From Patellaria atrata CBS 101060 (taxonomy: Eukaryota): a stretch of 20,000 nucleotides of DNA. The translations under genes were made by a program, and so were the position numbers. The first letter of the stretch is position 1. Every line of letters begins with the position of its first letter. Where the stretch lies: positions 3,495,033-3,515,032 of the forward strand of contig MU006089.1 of the NCBI GenBank assembly GCA_010093705.1, read 5' to 3'. The notes under the pieces were generated by a model. That model was not told where the DNA came from. It did no database searches and was given only the letters and a program-made list of their open reading frames with translations. Of this stretch, positions 9,753-20,000 are shown piece by piece.

Positions 9753-12201
9753 GAACAATCCTCTAGTTCTAACGGTTTACTTTTTTTGTACGGTGGTCAG
9801 TCCGCTCCAAAAGTCCCGGAAAAGCAGTCAGGGAACCTGAAGATAGTACCTTACTAACCTAAGGTAACCCACTCTCCATAATATCTCATCCCGCACTCCC
9901 CCAACCCGTCAGCCCGTCTATCCCATCCGTCTCCAAAAAGGCAGTAAGAAAAGTTCCCCAAGCGCGCCAAAATCCTACGCACGCGTCCTCCGCCGAACCC
10001 TGTCCACCGGTCTCTACTCGGTACCACCACACTTTTGCGCTCCCCCACCTTCCAGGTTAGATGCTTTCCCCCTCTTTCCCCATCAACCCCACCACACGTG
10101 CACTGAACTTTGTCCAAAACACGTTCCTCGGTAAGAAAACTACCGACATCCGCATCCTCTACTCCGGATTTCCCCATATCCCCAAACAATACGCATAGAA
10201 TAATAAGGTACTATACTCTACTGTACCGTACCTTACCCTACCATCGTTATCTCAACACCAATGATTGCACGCAAAAAACCGTGGCGCCACCAACATGTTC
10301 CTCCGCCCCCATCATCTACATTCACACCCTTGCTCTACTTCACTACTCGTCCGAAGCACCGTTCTTAGATGGAGCGAGGGGCCGGGTGCAAGCATGACGG
10401 CTGAAACCGGAGTACCTTAAGGTAGTACTGTACAAGGTAGATATCACCACCTTATACTACTGTAGAACATGGGGAATTTTTGATGTGGGTGTCGTGGGGT
10501 TTGCAGAGGGGCAGAGAGGCGCGGGCCGCGCGGGACGAGAGCGCAAGAGCCAATGGGACAGAATCCGCGCCGGAGGGCGGGATTGACTAGGCGTTCGACG
10601 GTTTGCCGCGTCTGGTTTATTCGAGTTTAGCGGGCTCCCGGAGCTTGGTGTCGGCTCGATACCTAATAAGGTAAGGTAATAAGGCGGGGCTACCTTAATA
10701 AGGTGCTGAGGTATTTTAAAAGAATAGAGGGCTGAGGTGTGAGGTGAGAGCTTATTGTGCATACTGTACAGTAGTAACATTTGTGATGTATGATGTATTA
10801 TGTATGATCTTTTTTCTCATTTCTCCCGCCGGAGAGTGAATAATATTCCACTGGGTGCGCTTAAGCCTGGCTCTGTAGGGCTTCATCAAGAGACGGTTTG
10901 CGAATTTGCATACGCAGGGCAGGGCTCATGCACCACATGTAGCGTGTAAACTGCATTCGGGGAAACGGTAAGGATGCAAGTAAGGTTGTCAGAAGGTTGT
11001 CGGAAATAGTTTTCATGGAATTGGATTTTTGATTGGGTGCCTTTTTTTTTCCATTATACCATCACTTACGAGTTGCGCAGGCTTTTACCATGTCTTGGAT
11101 TTTTATCTGCTGAAGAATATGGGTCGCGTCGAAGCCGTCGGGATGGATGCCAGAGAAGGAACAGCTAGCTCTAGATGAAGGGAAGATGTTGGAACAAAGC
11201 TGCAAGCCTTAACTCCTCGGACTCCTAGAGAGGCACCAGAAGGCAGCGGAGGCTTACAAGCTATCGTAGCCTTCGTAGCTTTTAAGCGACTGGTCTTGTG
11301 TAAACCCTGGTTACAGGAAATTCCAATGAGCCGAAGGATTTCACCTGCATTTTCTTCTGATCTACTGAAGATCAGAGACGTTTATTCGCAAATCTCTTCC
11401 ATAAACATTATACGGTATGCTGTATGCGAGTCTTTCAATTTCGTGACTCATTACCATCCCTCTACATTCTGCAACGGGCTTTTGATACTCCGGGGAAGTA
11501 CAATATTCATAACCACGAATATCATTCCCCCCTACTGTAGAGATTAGATCAACGAAACCTGCTTCAAGCCTTTCTCGCTTCATAGTCCGGCTGCCGCCTC
11601 TTACGCACCTATCTGCACTGCTGCCCCTAGCACTGCAACGTGATTGAGGAAATTACACGATGCGCACATGCTGTACGAACAACACACTTGATACTCCATC
11701 GTGGATAGCGCATCCTACGGACACGATCCTGCTGTGTAAATCTTCAGCAAGTCGGGAATCACTACCCATTCACTGGAGCAATGAGATATGTTGAATGGAA
11801 CTATGCTTCGCTAGCAATCAGAGAGAGTAAGTTGGTAGAGCGTAGATGGAGAGAACCACGAAAAGCGAGATTGTGTATACTCGTAGAAGATCCTGATATG
11901 CAACAAATACGCTCTTCGGTGAAGGTTCCGGTCGTTTAGTTTTCATAGTACTGCAAATGCATTTCCTATGATGATGACGTAATGGTCATTTAAACCAACG
12001 ATTCCAGTCGTGGTCCCTGACCGTATAGTAGGGATCATCGTATCACCATACAGGATAACCAGAGTATATGTTCGAAGGTTGCGAATGAATGCCTCCAGGC
12101 CTAGAAGCATTCTTCTCGTATGGGTGAAGTGGCGAGATACCGTATGATTTTGCTCAGTTTATAGGCTGGTAATTCAACAATAGAATAGTTGGATAAGGGG
12201 T

Positions 12202-13109
12202 TCAAACGAGTATATGGTTCGTTTCCAGGGAATGATCCGCTTTTACTTCATGTCTTTTTACTTGGTTCAGTCCAACGCGGGTCTCGTTCTTCCCGTAAAC
12301 GATCATGATGCCATTGAGCAGAATACTGACTTCAAGTTCCCTCAGCTTCTTGCTATTGAAAACATCTAGGTCAATAGAAAGTAGTTCTCCAACGTTCGTG
12401 TGACCTCTCCCGGAACTGTCGTTTCTGGCTTTCTTAAACCAAGTTTCTGGACCGATGGGCATATGCAATATGACTTGCAACTCTTCGAGATCCGGTAGGG
12501 ATGATGCGAGATCTAGTATGGCTCGTTTCAAGATACTAGTTCTTTTGGCAGTCGACCACCACCAATTTGCGGCGGTGATATCAATGCTGAGCTGCCTTTG
12601 GATCTGGAGAATCGGTATTTGTAACCAGTTCGGGGGATGAAGAAGCTTCTCATCATCCTGCATGGCTATACGTACGCGAGCCGCATTGGCAAATCTACTC
12701 CAATGAGATCTAAAGTTTTGATTAAGGGTGCGGTGCAAGTGAGGGCCAGAAAAGCTTACCGGCTGACACTGCTTCGAGGGTCTCCAGATAAGTAAGTCTT
12801 GAACCATCGAAGGTATTCTGACCGGATTTGGTAATTTACAGCCAGAAGATTCATGTGAGGACAATGAGGATATTCAACCCATTGGATTAACCAAGGAGAA
12901 TGTCGGCCGAATAAGGTAGAAGCAGCTACTTTCTGTCTTGTCGGATTGAGGCTGCTATATATCTGATATCTTATCTCAACAGGGAGAGATAGGAATTGTG
13001 ACTCTGGAATGGAGTGCTCTGAAAGGGAACAGTCGAAGGCGACTGAGTGTATGATGTCCATGGTAGACAACTTGTCCCAAGGACAGTAAAGGCGGGGTGA
13101 AGACAACAT
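12202..13109 (-). CDS. Hypothetical protein with N-terminal F-box-like motif; exons 13109-12760 and 12709-12202 (~285 aa)
   Basis: The motif SQFLSLPVEIRYQIY...NLLAVNYQIRSEY is typical of fungal F-box-like/2EXR-type proteins, and LPDLEELQVIL occurs later. A 50-nt intron 12759-12710 (GTAAGC...CTTAAT...TAG) joins ORFs 12756-13169 and 12202-12864 in frame. There is an alternative ATG at 13061. Confidence 0.75.
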
Positions 13110-13417
13110 TGTTGAAGCATGAAACAACAGGAGTGGATGAAGTGCGGATGGATATTCGTCCCCCCTCAAATATCAAAGAGAAGGCCTAACTCATGATCGG
13201 CAGTGATTGGCAAGTGATCAGCGATGTGTAGTTTCGACCCGTGTGTTGGTAAAAAGTTCGGCTTGCAAGGCTTATCTGGCCGTCTCTTTGTGCGCGCCGC
13301 GTCACAGGTACTTGGGTGCGTTGATGCCCTTGTATGGAATGATGGTGGTGGTCGCCGTTACGGAAGCTTGGTAATGATAAACTCGATGGGAATTTTCTTT
13401 CATGTGTGTTATTTAGC

Positions 13418-13444
13418 TTGCAGGTTGCAGGTTGCAGGTTGCAG
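13418..13444. repeat. Tandem 7-mer repeat (TTGCAGG)x~4
   Basis: TTGCAGG TTGCAGG TTGCAGG TTGCAG lies in the intergenic region between the divergent F-box-like and RCM1 genes. Confidence 0.85.
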
Positions 13445-13729
13445 ATTTGCAAGAAGCATAAAGATATGCTGGAGGGACGTCAGGGTTGTTCGCGTAGAAC
13501 TAGAACGTCGTGTGCGTCTACCGTACCTAGTACTCTTTCTAGTCCACCCGTTTTTAAACACTCCGGTCAGATTTTGACCCCCGTACAATTATTTTATTTT
13601 CCCGCCTTTGCCAACGAAGAAAAGAAAAAAGAAAAAGAAGTGTACCAAGTGTAACCGTAGTACCGGTAGTGGGCGAGAAAGTGCCCAAACGTGGCCCGGT
13701 AATTGTGACGAATATCACTACCTAGAAAC

Positions 13730-15802
13730 ATGTCATTGTACTATGAAGCCGCATCATTGCTGGCTAACTCGGACTGCGCTGGAGGTTCTCTCAAGTCCCG
13801 TATTTACGGGAAACAAGGTTTGAAAAGTTCGTCAGCTGCAATCTACGCTCTTATCACGGAGGCTACAAAATGGTCCGTTGTTTTGAAGGAGGTGATTGAG
13901 AGAAGTGGTCTGCTCAAGGAGGAGAAGAAGGTATGTACAGTACTGCTTTCAAATTACTGTGCTCGGCCGGCCAATTTGTCTGACTTTATTCAATGTTAAT
14001 TTCTGATCCTAGCCTTGGCCATCATGGCTATGATCTTGTCTATATTAAGTGTTATAGAACTGGAGTTTTGCCACGTGTGTTTTCATGAGAGAGGAGAGGG
14101 CTGACCGTACTCCCAGCTTACTCCAACCCTCGCGCTTCTTCTGACTCACGACCTTCTACTCTCAAAAAAAGGAGTTGCTGCACCGGTAAAGCACCCTTTA
14201 AGGATTGCAATTAATAGACATAAAGGCCGTCTTGCCTCGGAGTTGACTCTCGCCCGTATACGACGCGGCTTTGGCACGCTCGAAACTTTTCGGAAAAGTG
14301 TTGATTCTGGCGCGTCGGCCGGAGATTCCACGGCAACCAGGGGTAGCTCTTCAGAAGAAAAAGAACACCCAAGATGGGTCAGAGTAAATACATTGAAGAC
14401 TACAACTCAAGAACAACTGAATAGCACCTTCGAGGCTTATAAGACCGTTGAAAGCTTGGTGGAGCTTTGCGCGGCCAGACCAGATGCGAAATGCATGCGC
14501 CTGGACCCCCATATCCCCGACCTATTGGCTCTTCCCCCACGCGCAGACGTGTCAAACACTAAAGCATACTTGGACGGGGATATTATCTTGCAGGACAAGG
14601 CGTCCTGTTTTCCTGCCTACCTGCTAGACGTGCAGCCTGAGGATGAAGATGTCATTGACGGTTGTGCGGCGCCAGGGAACAAAACTACTCATCTTGCAGC
14701 TCTTATTTTTGGCAGGAACGCGCCTACAAAGACTAATAGATCAGCAGCTAGCAAGCCCAGCAGCAAGAGACGGCAGATCATTGCCTGTGAAAGAGATAAG
14801 ACGCGCGCGACTGTGCTGGAGAAGATGGTTGCCCGCGCTGGTGCTTCCTCCTTCACCACCATCAAACCAGGCCAAGACTTCCTTAGGCTGGATACGAATT
14901 CCGCAGATGTGCAGAAAGTGGGTGCCATTCTGCTGGACCCCAGCTGCTCTGGCAGTGGCATCATCGGTCGAGATTACGCATCGGCCCTTCATCTTCCCAG
15001 TGTGGAATCAGCTAACAATCACACCACGACACACGTAAGTCAGAAACGAAAAAGGAGCCAGAAGCAACCCGTTATAGCAACTTCAACTGCTCGCGATCAC
15101 GATGAGTATCCTCGCATCGACGACGGTCCTATCAGAGATGGCCCCTCAGACCCACCACCCCCTGACGCTTCTGATCCTACGGACCCAGCAGTCAGGTCCC
15201 GGCTCGAGTCGCTCTCCGCATTCCAACTCCGCCTCCTTACTCATGCGCTGGCCTTCCCCTCCGTCACTAAAATTTCGTACTCCACCTGCTCCGTTCATTT
15301 CCTCGAAAACGAAGCAGTCGTCCTCCGCACCCTCCACTCCCCCATCGCCCGATCCCGCGGATGGCGGATCTTAGGTCGAGACGAGCAGATTGCGGGCATG
15401 CGGACTTGGAATGTGCGGGGTGATAGGGCTAGCTGTGAAGATTTTGACGTTGGAAATGACGGCGATGGTGGGGTAATGACGATGCAAGAAAGGAGAAAGG
15501 TTGCAGAAGCTTGTTTGAGGTGCGAGAAGGGTACGGATGAGGGAACAATGGGCTTCTTTGTTGCAGTATTTGTAAGGGATGAGGGAAATAAGGACCATGG
15601 CTCGAACGCAACTACTAAGCTAGCGAGTAAAGATGACAGTATGGGGGTTGACGAAGAAAATGGAGAAGAAGAGTGGCAGGGATTCAGTGACGAAGATGAG
15701 AATACCGTACCTGACCTATCGGGCGATGCATCTAATACAAATTCATCAAAGTACAGGTCGACGTCATCTAAACGGAAACGGAAGTCAAAACGTTCAAAAT
15801 AG
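13730..15802 (+). CDS. RCM1: 25S rRNA m5C methyltransferase Rcm1/NSUN5 (NOL1/NOP2/Sun family); exons 13730-13930 and 14117-15802 (~628 aa)
   Basis: The N-terminus is MSLYYEAA..GGSLKSRIY. Family motifs are LLTHDLLL, PRWVRVNTLK, LQDKASCFPA, DGCAAPGNKT (SAM binding), LLDPSCSGSG (motif IV), YSTCSVHFLENEAVV (motif VI) and GFFVAVF. Intron 13931-14116 (GTATGT...GCTGAC...CAG) keeps frame. Confidence 0.95.
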
Positions 15803-15950
15803 TATCAAGACTTAGTGATCAATAGCCTCAAAATATCTTCCGACATTTTTACTTTAACTGTGATCCGATGTAATTCGGTGGGTATAGGACAGATGGCCAG
15901 GAAAGCTCCAGAGGTCCATATGCGCAGCCGTAATTCTTTACGCACACTCC

Positions 15951-18441
15951 CTACCGATTCCCTCTTCTCCCACCCTTCTTTTGTCTCTCAACATGCCCCC
16001 TTAGGATTTTCCTTGTCTCTACTACACTCCTCTTCCCCTTCTTCTTCGCTTTCCCTAGGGTCATTAGGAAGTTCTTCTGACGTTCCTTCTCCTTGTTGGT
16101 CGTGCTCTTACCCTGCTCTCTCTTCTTCTCCTTTCTGATAGACGTCGTGCTGGAATGCTTCTCAACTTTGTCGCCCTTCGCACGCGCGATCTTTTCCTCC
16201 CTAGTAGCTTTATGAGACAGTGCAGCGAGGCCCTCAATTTCAGCTGCTGTAAGAGGATCGTCAGTATGTCTTACGGTGGTGTTAGAAGCCTTGCGACGAT
16301 TAGAGGGGAGTAGACAAGAGACGGAGGACTGGAGGCGAAGTTCTTGAAGTTTAACAAGATCGGTTGGCGTGAGTATTCGAGTTGTCGCTAGGGTCGAGAC
16401 CTTGGTAGGGTTATCGGTTTCGCCCGCGCTCTGGTTCTCCTTCTCAGATTTTGCTTCGTCAACCTTTGTTTTCTTCGATGGCCGTTTCTCATCTTCACTG
16501 TCGCTAATATCAATACCCTCCCCATCACTTTGAACATCGATCCATCCTCTGGAATCGTCACTTTCGTCTTCTTCAACATCCCATGCACCCCAGTCTTCCT
16601 CTTCCTCTTCGACATCTTCACCTTCCTCTGCCTCAGGAGGTAGGCCTATCTCGATTCTCTTCTTTCGTCTTTCCTCATCTTTCCACTTTTCGAGTAATTC
16701 TAGTCCTTCGATTTGCCCTACTTCCTCTTCACCATAACGCTTCTCTTTCTTTTCTCCAGACCGTAAGCCTAATGCCGCTTCCTTTCCCCTATCTCGTTTC
16801 TTGAGCATGTCTGCTCCTACATCCCTATACAAACTTAGGAGACCTTTTGCGGCCATCATAACACCTTTGTCTTTACTCTTACGATACATAACTAGATCTT
16901 GAAGCAGAGTCTCATTCATTGCTAACGGTTGTCTAGCGCAGATTTCTCGAATGGCGTTAAGACCCGCTGATACAACTTCGGCCGCCACGGCTTCTGATAC
17001 AAATTCATTAGCAATCTTCTGGATTAGCGGTTCAAGACTATCCGGTGGCACAAAGTTGTGAGTGGACTGAGCTAAGGACGCCAGGAAAGAAGTTACTGAA
17101 GGTTGCCGAGGAGTTAGGTATCTGGAGGAAAGTAAGTGACTAGAATGAATATTCGCAGAATGGAGAGATGAACTTGAGAAAGTATGAATATAAGCTGATG
17201 ATTGTCAGTTTATGTAAACCGACAAGCCTTGAGACGAGTTGTAAAACAAGCAGTTTCTGTTCAAGTTTCAAAGTAGATTTGGAATTCTGTAAATGTTTCG
17301 AAAAAAGCGATTCGGCAAAGCCTTGAGGATCATGGAGAAGATGGAATGCAGAAAAGTTTAGCAGATGCGGCTGATTCCTCTTTCTCTCTTTCTGATGAGG
17401 TTGGGTTAGCAGATAAACGGTAATCTAAGAAAAGAATTTTCACCTTTTTGACTGTAGCTGCAGCTTTTTTCAATCCTCTTTCCTTCTTTTTGGTCTTTTT
17501 ATTGATCCCTACTTGATGCCGTAATTGTCTCATGTCTATCTCTTCTTCGTCACTACTGTCATCCGCAGCTTCTTCACGCTCTTTATCGCCCCCTAAGAAG
17601 AATCTGACCGCTCCCGTAACGACCTTGTTATTATCCGCTAGACTAGCCTCTTTCATTATTTCGACGGTCTTAGAATCCGTCCAGATCTGACGTTTCCACA
17701 ACTCTCGCGTGATTTTGACTGCCCATAAAGCCTTTGGCGAAGATCGATCAGACGTAACTAGATTGAACATGACCGTCTGCATGGTACGGTTCAGCCGATG
17801 GTTTGTAGTCTTCGAATTTGAATTCCTAAGATCAGAGAGGATCTTTTGTAGTAGTAATGAACGGAGAGTCTTGCTAGAGGTTGAGATGAGAATTGGAAAG
17901 AGCGTATTAAGGAGCCTATTGGATATTAGCTTAGATTGAAGATTCTCCTTCTAGACCCTACACACACTGAAGAATCCACAATTTCCTTCTTACGCAAGAG
18001 CACTAAGCTACCTACGACCTTCTCCCGTAGCTCAGGCTCGAGACTCTCATGATGTAAGGTCAGTAATCCTATCAATTGATCCGGAAATTCTGCTGTTTCC
18101 GCAGGATAGCAGTCTGCCACATGCGCGATGAAGTCAATGAGGTCTCTGAGCGAAATAATCCCATTGTTGTTTCCGGAAGATGGGTTTTGGATGAACAAGG
18201 ACAACTGGTTACCATATGTAAGGTACTGGTTTTCGAAATCTTGCTTATAGGACCTAACTTGCGTCAAAACATTTGTAGAGGATTTTGAAGGACGTCTGCT
18301 TACTGTGGATCTCTACGTATTTTGTGCTGAAGATTGGCACTGACAATATTAGTTCGATTCGCAACGATGTGTGAGAGAGTTGTGGGCTTCTTACAGGTCA
18401 GCATCTATTTTCTCTAGTGCCGCTACCTTTCGTTTTCCCAT
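15951..18441 (-). CDS. SDA1: 60S ribosome biogenesis/export factor Sda1; exons 18441-18395, 18339-18304, 18253-17966, 17915-17444, 17391-17174, 17121-15951 (743 aa)
   Basis: The spliced product reads MGKRKVAALEKIDADLANLQHKIRRDPQSYKQDF...ELWKRQIWTD...RFFLGGD...LLHDPQGFAE...YLTPRQPSVT...GLNAIREICARQPLAM...KGVMMAAKGLLSLYR...KSTTNKEKERQKNFLMT. Five 50-55 nt GT-AG introns give an open frame totalling 2232 nt. Confidence 0.96.
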
Positions 18442-19670
18442 ATCGTCCAAAGATTTATACCCAGAGCTAGATACGTTCGTGTATTGGTGAGTAGCGAATC
18501 TCCTTTCGTAACTCTGCGTGTTGCTACTCGAAATTCTCTGAGCTCGGACCTAAGCACGAGCCATTCTAGACACTGATCTATTATCGATAAGATAAGATAA
18601 TCAATTCGAATAAAGCAATGATAAGTTAAAGTCAACCACAAACCTCTATACACCACTTCCAAAAGAGTATCAATAACGTTAGCGTGCAACGTAGAGTAAC
18701 TTTGGACTGCCCTGGTAAGCGAAGGGATGAGTTAGTATGCGTAGTCTCCCCGAATGATTGAATAATGTTCGGGCTATTCTAGCCGTAATTGTTGTGCGTA
18801 GAAATCTCTTCAACGGGAAACAGCTCGTCCCACAAATTTCGTAAAAGTCGTCAGATTCTAAACGTAGCGACCGCCCGTGTAAAGACATGCAAAGCATGGC
18901 CAAGAACAAGAGCTCATGGTCAGGTGTGTGCATACTTTACAGTATTTAGAAGTTGATCAATTAAGCTTCTTGTCCGCCCGAACTTACAAGTCTAGAAATT
19001 ATAGGCTCGCTTCAATTCAGGCTTTTTTCTCATCTAAACTCTGTTAAGCTTCGATTGGAAATGCAGACTGAAGCTATCAATACTTTAACAGGTTTGGTTT
19101 ATAGAAAGTAAAATTGCATCATCGCTAGGATTGATTTGGTCTCAGCGACCGTCTTTCCAGGTGGACGGGTTCTCATCGAGAATAACATGAATATATTGTT
19201 TTGTTTAGATAATGAATACTAAAGGAGAAAGTTCAAAGACATCATAAATTAAGATTAAGAGTGAGAAGATGGAATTACAGATTTCAGCTCCTAGGCACCC
19301 CACATGTAGCATAGGAAGGCAAGAAGGATTAAAGATATCAGCAGGATAATTTGTTCTGATGTTATCTCGGTCCACTTGGGTGTATAAGTACAGTACAACG
19401 TGGCTGGCGCAAATGGTATGCGAAGCCATAATCACTGAACGGTGAGATATGGTAAGGACATGATCAACCAAATAGAGGATAGTACTTCGCTCAGCGGCCA
19501 TAACAGTACGAAGGAGCGCAAGAATTTCTCAATGGGGCTATATTATTTTGTTTCAGTCTAGTTGAAGCGTGGTGACAACGTGTGAAATGCAATGAGTACG
19601 GAGAGGGTAGGAATATAAAAGAAAAGACACTTGAAAGCTCTATTTTGTTCATTACATAAGGAATATTATA

Positions 19671-20000
19671 ACGTAGGTTATAAGCGAGTCGCTAGTACAA
19701 GCGAGTCGCCAGCCCAACAACTTTCTACACCTCAACCATGTATTACTCAATCAAGCTATCAAGAAGCAGATATTATTCTTGCTATCTCCTCTATTGAGAA
19801 CAAGCAGATTAAGAGCGCTAACTGCGCTGCTTCAACGTACAATGTCCCTCGATCAACACTCCGTGACCGACGCGCTGGGAAGCTAACAAGACGTGATTGC
19901 TAGCTGAACTCTAAGAAGCTCACCCAGCTAGAGGAGGAGGTAGTAGTCAAGCATATACTACAGTTGGATACGCGTGGATTTTCGCCTACATACAATGCTG
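19671..20000 (+). mobile_element. Left end of Fot1/pogo-type (Tc1-mariner superfamily) DNA transposon, RIP-mutated
   Basis: A TA target site at 19669-19670 precedes a TIR beginning ACGT with an internal direct repeat AAGCGAGTCGC (19682-19692 and 19699-19709). The transposase N-terminus reads EADIILAI...SANCAASTYNVPRSTLRDRRAG...RRDC*LNSKKLTQLEEEVVVKHILQLDTRGFSP (HTH_psq followed by the start of the CENP-B HTH), with an in-frame TAG at 19901. Confidence 0.9.

Noticed and set aside
10261..10420. Small ORFs (35 aa from 10261; 41 aa from 10295)
   Set aside because: They have no recognisable motif and are explained by C-rich composition.
9800..11100. RNase MRP/P, telomerase RNA, U5 or tRNA gene (AAAAGTCCC near 9808; GCTTTTACCA near 11081)
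   Set aside because: No partner P4/CR-V strand was found nearby, there is no TAACCCTAA template, the U5 loop match is imperfect, and I found no cloverleaf.
11968..12020. C/D snoRNA candidate (ATGATGA ... CTGA)
   Set aside because: It is too short, and I could recognise no terminal stem or rRNA-complementary guide.
14146..16804. Numerous short overlapping or antisense ORFs within RCM1 and SDA1 (likewise within RSE1, MSS51 and the GPI genes)
   Set aside because: They are shadow frames of real genes with no independent motifs.

Overview
Filamentous-ascomycete (Pezizomycotina-type) genomic DNA with short GT-AG introns and CTRAY branch sites. Four conserved housekeeping genes are present: RSE1 (5' part, minus) divergent from MSS51 (plus), and RCM1/NSUN5 (plus) convergent with SDA1 (minus). 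Between these pairs lies an accessory-looking interval of about 10 kb. Its main content is a divergent pair of secreted, GPI-anchored proteins: a 6-Cys/Pro-Thr-Ser-stalk protein (4185-5103, minus) and a BIM1/X325-like protein lacking the N-terminal His of the copper brace (6324-7156, plus). Their shared promoter has a head-to-head dyad of SreA-type extended GATA sites, which suggests an iron-regulated cell-surface metal/heme capture module (the top finding). The interval also holds an F-box-like orphan gene, probable decayed gene remnants, and a roughly 1.2-kb non-coding segment with a C/G skew flip and 12 TAAGGT/ACCTTA copies. The window ends in the left end of a RIP-mutated Fot1/pogo-type DNA transposon. 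All exon structures were assembled by hand, and family assignments come from motif recognition, not database searches.
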